The notes under the pieces were generated by a model. It was not told the DNA's origin. It saw only the letters and a list, made by a program, of their open reading frames with translations, and ran no database searches. From the NCBI GenBank assembly GCA_030390025.1, contig CM059432.1:38690001-38754000 (forward strand): a DNA stretch of 64,000 bases, read 5' to 3'. The position numbers were made by a program, and so were the translations under genes. Below, in pieces: positions 53,680-64,000 of this stretch (the first letter of the stretch is position 1; every line of letters starts with the position of its first letter). The stretch comes from Squalus acanthias (taxonomy: Eukaryota).

Positions 53680-56098
53680 AGACAAATCACAGGGACCAGA
53701 CACTGACATCCAAGGATGCTGTAGGCAGCTGAGGAAGATAGCAGTAGCTCAGACTATAATCTTCTAAAATTCTATGAGAAGAAAATTTGTCCCAGATAGC
53801 CAGAGGGTGGCAAATTTAACACTTCTCTTCAAAAAAAAGTACAGCTTTAAACCACAAAATTATACGCAAGTTAGTCTTACTTCAGTAGTTGCTAAACTAC
53901 CAGATGACATGGCTAAGCACTTGGAGGAACGAGTTATTCAGAGCTAGTCAGCACAGATTTTCAAAGGGCAGATCATGCTTGACCAACTTTATAGAATTTC
54001 TGAACAACAGAGGACAGATAAAGGGAAATCAATGCATGTGGTTTATATGGATTTTCAAAAAGAATTTGATAATGTTCCAAACAAGAGACTTATGGCTAAG
54101 ATAACAGTTCACGGAATTAAGGGGAATGTGACCACATGGAGATAGATAGTTGGAGGGCAGACAGAAAAGGGTGGGGATAAAAGGAAATTTCTCATGCTGC
54201 AAAAACTTGGCAAGTGGTGTTCCAAAGGGTCTGTGTTGAGGCCGCTCTTACAATGTACACACACAACAAATCTACACTTAGAAAGTCACCAAATGGGGTG
54301 CAAGACAAATTGTGATGAGGACTGTGACAGCCTACTGGAGGACAAACATAGGTTGGCAGGATGGGCAGGTGTGTGGCATATGCACCTCAAAATAGAGAAA
54401 TATAAAGTCATATATTTTGGAAGAAAGAATATGGGATTTTTTATTTTTTTTTAAATGGAAGTGGAGCCAGTGCAACTAGATAAGGCCATAAAAAAGGCAA
54501 ACCGAATGCTTGGGGGTAATTTTAACCCCAAAAAACAAGTGACATCTAGGCAGGGAACCTGTCCGTGAGGTCACACACACGTTGTGTTAAAACCCCACAG
54601 CTTGGGGGGAAACCCGGACTTCTAGGTTTCTCACGCTCTACCAAGCCCCCGCTCCAAGCGGATCAAAAACTTCCAGTCCTTGTGTCTAATTACATGGAAT
54701 ACAAAATCAAGGATAATGTTGAACTTGTACAGAACCTTAGTTGGGCTGCAGCTGGGTGCATTATGTACCATTTTGGCCACACCATTACAGGAAGGATATG
54801 GAACAGCAGTAGGCCATTCAGCCCCTTGAGCCTTTTGTGCTATTCAATTAATTATGACGGACCTGTACCTCAAATCCATTTACCTGCTTTTGTTCCATAT
54901 CCCTAGATACCCTTACCCAACAAAAATCTACTAGTCTCACTATTGAAAATTTCAACTGATCCAACATCCACAGCTTTTTGATGGAGCAAGATCTAGATTT
55001 CCACTACCCTTTGTGAGAAAAAGTGCTTCTCGATTTCATTCCTAAATGGCCAAACTCTAATTTTAAGATTATGCCCTCTTGTTCTGGATTTTCCTACTAG
55101 AGGAAATAATTTCTCTGTATCTACCTTATCAAATCCCTTTATAATTTTAAATACCTTGATTAGAATCATCCTTCAACTTTCTAAACTTGAGGCCAGGTTA
55201 CATAAACTTGGCTTATAATTTAACCCTTTAAGCTCTGGTATCCTTTTGGTGAATCTGCATTATACCCCTTCCAAAGCCAATATAGAATCCCTTAGGTTCA
55301 GTGCCCAAAACTGAACGCAGTAGTCCAGATGGTGTCTGACCAAGACTCTGGTCAATTGAAGCAACACTTCGTCATCTTTGAATTGCAACCACCTCGAGAT
55401 AAAGGCCAACATTCCATTAGCCTTTTTGATTACTTTTTGTACCTGTGCACTAGATTTTAGTGGTAAAAGCAATGGAACTAAGTTGTAGTATATATTCACT
55501 GGGATGTTATCAGGGATGAGGAATTACAGTTATAAAAAAAGAGATTGGAGAAGTTAGGGTGCTTTTCACTGGAACTGCTGAGGCTGAGGGGTGGCCTAAG
55601 AGTTCCCATTTGTTGGCAAGGTGATAATGAGGGGGTAAAATTTAATATACTCACTAAAAGAATTAGAGAGGTTAGAAAGCTCTTTACAAAAGAGGGGTCA
55701 GAATGTGAAATGCTCTGCCACAAACTCTTTAAGAAGCAGAGTTCATCAGAATTTTTAAAAAGGGAATTAAATAAAGGTCTCAATAGAGAACATTTATTTC
55801 CACTGGTAGTAAATCGGCAATAAAATAGCATAAATTTGTAGAAATTAGAAGATTTTAATCATGTAGAAGTTTATTCGAACAGAAACAGAATCCACAAAAT
55901 GTTTTAAAAGGGAAGTGAAGAAAAGGGTCTAAATGGATAGCGCTTTCAGAAAACCAATACAGACACGATAGGTTAAATGATTTCCTCGTGTGCTGTAAAA
56001 TTCTATGATTCTGGTTGCTTGAAAGAGGGGAAAAGATTGTCGGACGTCCAGGCCGGTGCAGACTGGCCTGTTTCTGTGCTGTAACTTCTATGATTCGC
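53680..56098. mobile_element. Cluster of decayed CR1 fragments (plus about 53680-54510, minus about 54800-55450, plus about 55495-56098) with a small MITE remnant at about 54511-54680
   Basis: GRSCLTNFIEF, KGSVLRP, VIKKANGMLAFISR..LDYCVQFW remnants in the ORF track. Confidence 0.8.
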
Positions 56099-56699
56099 GT
56101 TCACTCATGAACTCTGCTGGTGTACTGCATTATGGGTCTTCACTCCTTAATTTTGCTTTCTCAATAAAACAAAAATGCAGGCAAATAACCATCGTGGGAA
56201 AAAAAACCACCAACATTAAGCAGAAAAAGGGAGAAGAGGAAGGGAATCTGAAAATTGCAGTTTTAAATGTTACATGTACAATAGGATATTCTGAACAAGC
56301 ATGAATACACAGCAGATTTAATGTAATTATTAAAACAATGCAGGTTCCTTAACCTTTATCTCCTGGGTAAATTTGTGAAATGCTCCAATACGTTCATCAA
56401 AATGATCAGTGGATCTTTTAAGAATCCACGTCATCAGTTTCAAGCATCTGCTATCAAGATATTGCAATTTACTTGCGCCCCCCCCCCACTGTTCCAGATT
56501 CCATTAGTGCGTCGGACTAGTTGATTAGTGCCTTGGAGTACTGAGGATCTGCTTAGTTCAGGTACAAGACTACCGAGTCTGCCACAAAGGACTAACTTGA
56601 TTCCAAGCTCCCACTGCCAAGTGTGTCACCCTGGAGCCCCCTAGACCCTAAGGACCTCACTTACCTTTCACTTCCAGATAGTCGCTAGGTGGCCAGACA

Positions 56700-57205
56700 A
56701 CTGGCAAAGTGCAGAAGTGAACTATTGCTATGTAACAACAGGCATGAAAAGCTCCTCACAAGTGGCATATGAGCAACACAAGAAGTGCGTGTTCATTGGC
56801 ACCATCCTCCTGACCCCAGCATGGACATATATCACATCCCATCAAATGGTGGGTCCACCAGTTGCAAGTGTAGAGCTTTATCAGCAACTGCTTGACTCTT
56901 TGCAACTCAATGATGGTAGGCATCATGACCTGGATATATGAGCACTGTTCTCATATCTGGTCGCCTGGTGATGTATTCCAGCAGCTGTCATCTCAAGTCT
57001 CAGAATGTCTTCATCAGCTACATGCTGGACATCTGCTTTCAGTGTGGTGGAATGATCTACACAGCTTGCATCATGCCAGTCACCTTGATTCACTGGATGT
57101 CCAATTCCAATGTCCTGTACCAGGCTTACTCATCACCAACTGCTTAATCCAAGTGTTCAAGGTGAGGGCCTTTGAAAAAGAGGTGTGCCTGCTGGGAGAC
57201 TGACT
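56700..57205 (-). mobile_element. Highly decayed RTE-like LINE 3' region
   Basis: Minus strand shows remnants resembling the RTE C-terminal FKD-LK and W--LA-DR--W pattern; many stops. Confidence 0.45.
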
Positions 57206-57442
57206 CCCGACCTCCATGTTGTAATTATACAAATTTTGTTCTTCTTTGAAAACTAAATTGAATTATTGACTCAGCTGAAGTATTAATGACTGAGGCAAAC
57301 TTTCCACCAAAATTTTTTTACAGCAATGCTCAAACATACACACTGCAGGATGCAAAAAAGCAGCCACAACCAGCCTGTTAACGGCAAGAACTTTTACTCA
57401 ATTCTATTAAGATTCTGCCAAAACGTGTAGCAAAAACATAAT

Positions 57443-58632
57443 GGGGCAGAAATTCGGCTGTTGTCGGGTGAGTACGCACTGCGTACTCACCCGTGGACGG
57501 AACGAAAGTGCCAGTTTCTTGCATGCACTGCGCATGTGCGGGAAACCGGCACTTCCGTTCCTGAGGAAAGGGGTTCAGAGGTCGAACGCGCACGCCGGAG
57601 GGCCAGCGCGTTCGCCTCGCACTTCGGGTTTTTTTTTCCCCGCAGGTTCCTCCGTGAAGGTAAGCACGGAGAAGATACACTTTTAAAAAGGATGCGCAAG
57701 GCCTTCTTTTAACAAGGTAAGTGTTGATTTTATTAAAATTTAAACATTTTTTTCCACACATTTATCTTTTTTAATTACTTTAAAGAAAGGTAAGTTTAGT
57801 TTTAGCCCCGTTAAAAAATGTAATTAATTTTTTCAAAAATTTAAATTTTTGTTTAAAATAGTTAATTACAGGAAACTTTCGTTTATCCGGCACCCAAATA
57901 TCCGGAATTCTCGCTTAACCGGCAAAAATCATCCTACGAAAACTCCTCTCAAATAACCGGCAATGTTGCCGAGTCGCAGTCGAGTCTCCGCGAACGCCGA
58001 GTGCTCCGAAAACTCCTCTCAAATAACCGGCAATGTTGCCGATCCAGAGTCCGAGAACGCCGATTTAGTCAGTAGGGGTACTTTTCAAAAGTGCCACTAC
58101 TCGGCCACCTGGCGCTGTCGGAAGTCCGAAACACTGCAGTAGCAGGATTTGATTCTCCCGCGCTGCCTGGAGTCTCTTTGTTAAAAAATAGCCTCGGTAG
58201 ATATAACTCTCCGTTATCCGGTACTTTCGATAAACCGGCACCACGCCGGTCCCGTCGATGCCGGATAAACGAAAGTTTCCTGTAATGTAATTTATAGTTA
58301 TTCTAAAAATGTGATTTTTTTTTTTTTTAAATGTATTTGTAGTTTTAGGGATGTTTTGGGGCTGATCTGTATTCATAGATTTGACAGGTCTTCCTGTCAA
58401 ATCTATGAATGAAAGATGGTCTGCTGCCATTGGCTCTCCATGGCCCACGTGATCCCAGGGGATGCATCGCACTAACTACGCCCCTGGGATACACAAGCAC
58501 TGCGCGCCGGCAGTTGGAGGAGGCCCAGGAGCCGAAGTCCCCGTGGGCCCAGAGGTCAACGGCAGGCGCGGTAGGTAGGTGCGCGCGCGATCCTTGCACC
58601 CGCGGGAAGCCAGAGAGCCGAATTTCTGGCCC
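57443..58632. mobile_element. Harbinger-type MITE, family C
   Basis: TIR GGGGCAGAAATTCGGCT / AGCCGAATTTCTGGCCC with AAT duplicated on both sides. Confidence 0.88.
57869..58282. mobile_element. Tc1/mariner (pogo/Tigger-like) MITE nested in the family C MITE
   Basis: Perfect 24-bp TIR CAGGAAACTTTCGTTTATCCGGCA, TA on both sides; internal 36-bp direct repeat at 57937 and 58007. Confidence 0.9.
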
Positions 58633-58663
58633 AATATTAAAATGCTGTAAGATAGAGTGCTAA

Positions 58664-59068
58664 CCCCACTCCAGGACTTGAGTGTAAAAATCTAGGCCGA
58701 CACTCCAGTGCAGTACTGAGGGAGCGCTGCACTGTCGGAGGTGCCGTCTTTCGGATGAGATGTTAAACATAGGCCCCATCTGCTCTCTCAGGTGGACGTA
58801 AAAGATCCCATGGCACTATTTCGAAGAAGAGCAGGGGAGTTATCCCCGGTGCCTTGGCCAACATTTATCCCTCAACCAACATCACAAAAGCAGATTATCT
58901 GGTCATTATCACATTGCTGTTTGTGGGAGCTTGCTGTGCACAAATTGGCTGCTGCGTTTCCTACATTACAACAATGACTACACTTCAAAAAGTACTTTGT
59001 TGGCTGCAAAGTGCTTTGGGACGTCCGGTAGTCGTGAAAGGCGCTATATAAATGCAAGTCTTTCTTTC
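58664..59068 (+). mobile_element. SacSINE1-type DeuSINE, 5'-truncated
   Basis: Colinear with about 39432-39838. Confidence 0.88.
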
Positions 59069-60512
59069 TAACAGTATTCAACACAAGCTCTGTCTGACCT
59101 GGTTACCAGACTTACTTTAACAGAGAGAGAAATAAATGACTTGTAATTTGAACAATTTCTGGTGGTCACTGACATTTATTAGAATTTCATTTACAAAGAG
59201 AATTTTTTTCTGTTTTTACTGCTTTATATTAAACAGACTGTAGTGCTCCACTGGGGAATACATTTACAAGTCAGAACATAAACATACTTATTTCATATGA
59301 AATAAAGAGAGGCAAGTGCAGCTTTAAGCTATTTTTATACTTTTACATTTCTTGAGAATATTTATCTTAAAAATACCATTTATCAAATGAGGCAAGTAAA
59401 TTTCCTGAGGTGCAAAGTGTAATTAAAAATTCTTATGCAATTGCCTACAAGAAAATTACTTTCAGAAGCAAAATTATATATTCAAAGAAAATTATCTGTG
59501 TGCAAACATGGGTTAGACTGTACACTGTTACAGGAATTTTGCTGCAAGTCGTATGTTATGAAAACTAGATGACAGATTTTTACAACAAGGAAATTACTGG
59601 GGATATAAATTTTACCTACAGGGAACAATTTTCAAAGTAGTACACAATGTTTGAGAAATTTATATCAGTTATATAAAACTGGATGGATGAATAACTAGGT
59701 ACTGTACTTATTCAGAAGAGGTAACCTACAGTATTCTCTTCCCAACCAATTTCAATTTACAGATAAAAACTTACCATAAAATTATGGTACAGACAATTTC
59801 ATTTAATTGAGCAAATTGGAATAATTTATATTAAAAAAGGTGTACTGGACTTTTAAGAGGGTTTTTGGAATATACAGTTCATGGAACAGCTGGCTGCAGA
59901 TTACATTTAGTAGCCGCCAGACTAGCTGTTAAATAGTCACACTGCGACAGATTCACACTTTGGCAAACAACGAATAGATTTTTTTAAGCCACAAAGACAA
60001 AAAAGTTATGTCACTAAAAAGTGTGTATGTGTATACAAATATCACTGATCATTTATTTTTCCAGTGTAGATTATACTCCTTTCAGGACAGAAATACTTTC
60101 AGAGCTTAATTTCAATCTGTATTAATTCCATTTACTTGATCGGTTTTGTAGTGAATTCCTGCAATGACAATTTTCCTTTCATTCAGTGAGCTTTTAATTA
60201 TATAAAAAGCCAAACGCACAACTGGACAATAATATCCTATACAATGCAGAGAACTAGTGGCGCAACAACTAGATTGCAGCAAGCTAACATTTGTGGTATT
60301 GTACATTACAGTAATCATGTATTTTACCAAAAAACAGTCAATATGGTAGCGCTAGTCGCTAGAAAATATAAGACGCTACCTAAAGGATTTGCACAGTTAT
60401 TTCAACAAAATATTCCACCTGCACTTTCACATGCACAGAAACTTTCTGCCGAACTTGTCCCTTTTCATCTGTCCTTACTTCCGGAGCTTAATATATGGTT
60501 CGTTCCTCAAAC

Positions 60513-62281
60513 AGGTCAGCTTTTCACCATGGACATACAATCCCTCTATACCTCTATCCCCCACCAGGATGGCCTGAGGGCGCTCCGCTTCTTCCTTGAA
60601 CAGAGGCCCAACCAGTCCCCATCCACCAGCACCCTCCTCCGCCTGGCTGAACTTGTTCTCACATTGAACAACTTCTCCTTTGACTCCACTCATTTCCTCC
60701 AAATCAAAAGGTGTTGCTATGGGTACCCGCATGGGTCCTAGCTATGCCTGCCTTTTCGTGAGATATGTGGAACACTCTTTGTTCCAGTCCTACTCAGGTC
60801 CCCTCCTTCACCTCTTTTTCCGGTACATTGATGACTGTATCGGTGCCGTTTCCTGCTCTCGCCCTGAACTAGACAATTTCATTCACTTTGCCTCCAATTT
60901 CCACCCTTCCCTCACCTTCACATGGTCTATCTCCGACTCTTCCCTTCCTCGACTTCTCCGTCTCCATCTCTGGGGATAGGTTATTGACCAACATTCATTA
61001 CAAGCCCACTGACTCCCACAGCTACCTGAACTACACTTCCTCCCACCCCGCCTCCTGTAAGGACTCTATTCCATTCTCCCAGTTTCTCAGTCTCCGCCGC
61101 ATCTGCTCCGACGATGCCACCTTCCATACCAGTGCTTCCGACATGTCTTCCTTTTTCCTCAACCGAGGATTCCCCTCTACCGTGGTTGACACGGCCCTCG
61201 ACCGTGTCCGTTCTATCTCCCGCACTTCTGCCCTCACCCCTGCCCCTCCCTCCCGGAACCACGATAGAGTTCCCCTTGCCCTCACCTTTCACCCCACCAG
61301 CCTCCACATTCAACGGATCATCCTCCGCCATTTCCGCCACCTCCAACGTGATCCCACCACCAAACGCATCTTCCCCTCACCTCCCCTTTCAGCATTCCGT
61401 AGGGACCACTCCCTCCGAGACACCCTAGTCCACTCCTCTATCACCCCCAGCACCCCTTCCCCCGGCACCTTCCCGTGCAAGCGCAGGAGATGCAACACCT
61501 GCCCTTATACCTCCCCCCTTCCCACTCTCCAGGGCCCCAAACACCCCTTCCAGGTGAAACAGCGATTTACTTGTACTTCTTGCAATCTAGTATACTGTAT
61601 TCGCTGCTCATGATGTGGTCTCCTCTACATTGGGGAGACCAAACGCAGATTGGGTGACCGCTTTGCGGAACACCTCCGTTCAGTCCGTAAGGGGGACCCC
61701 GAGCTTCCGGTCGCCTGTCATTTTAATTCACCGCTCCACTCCCACTCAGACTTCACCGTCCTTGGCCTCTTGCATTGTTCCACGGAAGCTCAGCGTAAGC
61801 TCGAGGAACAGCACCTCATCTTCTGCTCAGGCACTTTACAGCCTTCCGGACTCAATATTGAGTTCAACAATTTCAGAACATAACCTTGGCCCCTACCATA
61901 TTTATATATTTTTTATCCACACTTTTGGTTTGTGCCTTTTCTTTTTTTCTCTCTCCCACATGGCAGCTGTCTTTCATTCTGCCAGCACATTTCACACTTC
62001 ATCTAGAGCCATCTTTTGTTTCTTAACCTGTCCTATTACCATCTCGTCTCGCCTTGAATATCTCTTAATGTCTCTTTACTTCTCACAAACCTTCCCTTTT
62101 GTTCTTTTATTCCCTCTCCCATTTCCCAGCCCCCAAACTTGCTTTTTCATCTGTTTCATTTCCTGCTTTTTTCCTCAGTTCTGAAGAAGGGTCTTCGACC
62201 TGAAACGTTAACTCTGTTTCTCTCTCCACGGATGTTGCCTGGCTTGCTGAGTTTTTCCAGCTCTTTCTGTTGTTATTTCAG
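60513..62281 (+). mobile_element. 5'-truncated Penelope-like retroelement (RT + GIY-YIG endonuclease), frameshifted, with 3' terminal region
   Basis: Consecutive frames give LFTMDIQSLYTSIPH, GVAMGTRMGPSYA, FFRYIDD, IHYKPTDSHSYL, CKRRRCNTC, NLVYCIRCS*CGLLYIGETKRRLGDRFAEHLRS (GIY-YIG), then a pyrimidine-rich tail with a hammerhead motif. Confidence 0.95.
62177..62213 (+). ncRNA. Minimal hammerhead ribozyme motif of the Penelope element
   Basis: AGUU-CUGAAGA-A-GGGUC(UUC)GACCU-GAAA-CGUU-AACU: stem I AGUU/AACU, intact CUGANGA and GAAA core, stem II hairpin, palindromic AACGUU in place of stem III as described for Penelope-like element hammerheads. Confidence 0.8.
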
Positions 62282-62779
62282 CTTGTGTCTTGATCCTTTC
62301 ACACAGCGACAGGAGGAATTAATTTACTGCAATCTCCTTTCTACAGCCTCAGGCGAAACTACTTTTCTCCGTTCTATTGGGGCGATTAAAGAATGTAACA
62401 TTCCCGCATATGTAAAGTGCATTTCTCAAGAGCGCTTTGCAACACACGCCACGGTATTGGAACCGATCCTGTGTTTGGATCGAATTCACCCAGCCTTGCA
62501 ACAATCTGAAACAAGGTCGAAAAAAACCTTCCTAATGTATACAATCTCTTATAAGAAACTGGAAATAATCCACAATCCAAACACAGAAACTATTTAGGCT
62601 TAGCTTACATTCAAATTGTGTATATAATTTTTACACAGTAGATGAACGTTTATTTTCTTTAAATGACCACTCATAACTTTAAAACTCTTGCATGAAAGAA
62701 TCGAAACATCGGAAAAGAAAAATCGTACTCTTAACTGCACCACCACAAGTCAAGATGCGTTTACAGTATCACAAACTAG

Positions 62780-63530
62780 ATTGCGTGCCTCGTCTGATCC
62801 TACAAATTTCTCCCGATTCACATTTGGAAGTTCCATTACTCGCCCCCGGAGCAAAGCGGACTAAACAGCAAACGACCATCTCACGTTTTACCCGCTGCAC
62901 GGACTCACCAGTTCTCCGTTTACCAGTGTGCAGAGTCCTAAAGTAAGGAGTATCCAGAGGTTCCTCATCCTGCTGCCGCTGCTCTCCAGATGGCGAGAGC
63001 TCCGGCTCCGGCTCGAGCAGCTCGCGCGCGTTAGTCTGTGGAACGTCCCGGGGTTCACGCCGCGTTCGCTTCGCAAAGCCTGGCTGCTCCTGGCGGACCG
63101 GGAGTCCCGCTGCACGCTCCGCAACCTCACTCCCCGCAAACACCACTTGTTCTTCTTTAAAAGAATATTCTTCCGTGGACTTTTTCCTCACGCGCTTGTC
63201 TTGAACTTCTCTTCCCCTGATTAAATGTAATTCAAATTATATATATATATATATATATTAAAATAAACGGGCTTTTTTTGTTGTTGAAAGAAAATAATCA
63301 ATGCAATTGAACGCAAAACGAGCTTCCTTCTCAAGAGAGTATCACACTTCTTACCTAACCCTCCTGCAATAACCTCTAAATGCGTCGGCTGTGCGATTTA
63401 AGTGGGAAAAAAACGATCCTGGAGCGAACCAGACTGCGTGCGCAGCTCTGCTCCAGGGGTGTGGCGAGCAGCTTGATTTGATTGACATGACCAATAGAGA
63501 TGTAAACTTACCTTATTGGACAGGGTTTTT
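62780..63530 (-). promoter_or_regulatory. CpG-rich 5' UTR / promoter region of the minus-strand gene
   Basis: High CpG density outside recognisable repeats (about 62780-63200 and 63380-63470), CCAAT at 63491 and ATTGG at about 63515, directly upstream of the signal-peptide segment. TSS not determinable. Confidence 0.6.
62909..62968 (-). CDS. Probable first coding segment (signal peptide) of an unidentified secreted or membrane protein gene; followed by a very long intron running leftwards
   Basis: Minus strand: GCAGCAGG-ATG (A at -3), exactly 60 nt encoding MRNLWILLTLGLCTLVNGEL (basic N-region, hydrophobic core, V-N-G cleavage-like motif), ending at CTG|GTGAGT consensus donor in phase 0, inside CpG-rich non-repeat DNA. 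Confidence 0.72.
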
Positions 63531-63599
63531 AATATATAAATGAGTGATAAGATTTTATTTTTCTATTTTTTAAAACTCTTATGCTGGTAAAAGCAGGCC

Positions 63600-64000
63600 T
63601 TACGCAACAGTTCAATGTCACTCAAGACCCAGATACAGCAACCGCACTTATGGATTCCCTAGCTGAATGGCGAGAAACCACCGAAAACCTGGATTTCTCA
63701 CACTCCAGCAGGAAACCCTGGAACCTGCTCTGCTGGCTTGGTGCTGCCTTACTGCCCCTATGTGAGGTGCCAAAGGTCAGTGCAGATGCCATTGTGGCCT
63801 GCCTCCGAACCAACTCAAAGGTAATGATTATCACCGAAAACAAATGCTGAAAAAGTTGCTTAAGCTCTCTCTGCAAAAAGCCGCTCCGCACACCTCCGAA
63901 GAGGTGGACACAGCGCTGAGAGCCGCCAAGTCTGGGAAGGCCGCCAGGATCAATGGCATCTACCCAGAATTTCTCAAGAACCAAGGCCCAAATGGACGGA
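63600..64000 (+). mobile_element. Vingi/Ingi-like LINE fragment running off the window end
   Basis: WRETTENLDFSHSSRKPWNLL and EEVDTALRAAKSGKAARINGIYPEFLKN (pre-RT region of non-LTR elements). Confidence 0.75.

Noticed and set aside
57937..58042. 36-bp direct repeat with spacer resembling a CRISPR unit
   Set aside because: Only two copies, inside a eukaryotic Tc1/pogo-type MITE; an ordinary internal duplication.
59775..59925. Candidate second exon near the gene start
   Set aside because: The phase-0 frame hits a stop before the donor and the peptide is not protein-like.
62769..63191. 140-aa minus-strand ORF over the CpG-rich region
   Set aside because: Non-ATG start, reads through the splice donor, no recognisable domain; the signal peptide is in another frame.

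Overview
Repeat-dense vertebrate genomic DNA, most likely a cartilaginous fish (shark/ray), judged from HE1-type V-SINE, SacSINE1-type DeuSINEs and HER1/CR1-like LINEs recognised from memory, with no database search. Most of the window looks like one long intron of a minus-strand gene. Its CpG-rich 5' region and a 60-nt signal-peptide coding segment (MRNLWILLTLGLCTLVNGEL, 62968-62909, phase-0 GTGAGT donor) lie near the right end; I cannot name the gene. The rest is layered transposable elements: decayed CR1-group LINEs (one near full length with a tRNA-like head), Vingi/Ingi-like, RTE-like and L2-like fragments, a Penelope-like element (RT + GIY-YIG) ending in an intact minimal hammerhead ribozyme motif, Penelope-derived inverted-repeat elements, PIF/Harbinger-type, Tc1/pogo-type and hAT-type MITEs, and two solo LTRs. 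No complete host CDS is present and most ORF-track entries are repeat-derived or spurious. The most interesting observations are hammerhead motifs repeatedly interrupted at their core by unrelated elements, a tRNA-headed single-ORF LINE with a matching internally deleted derivative, covarying palindromes in a MITE family, and a candidate recursive splice site. Repeat boundaries are approximate unless TIRs or TSDs are quoted.
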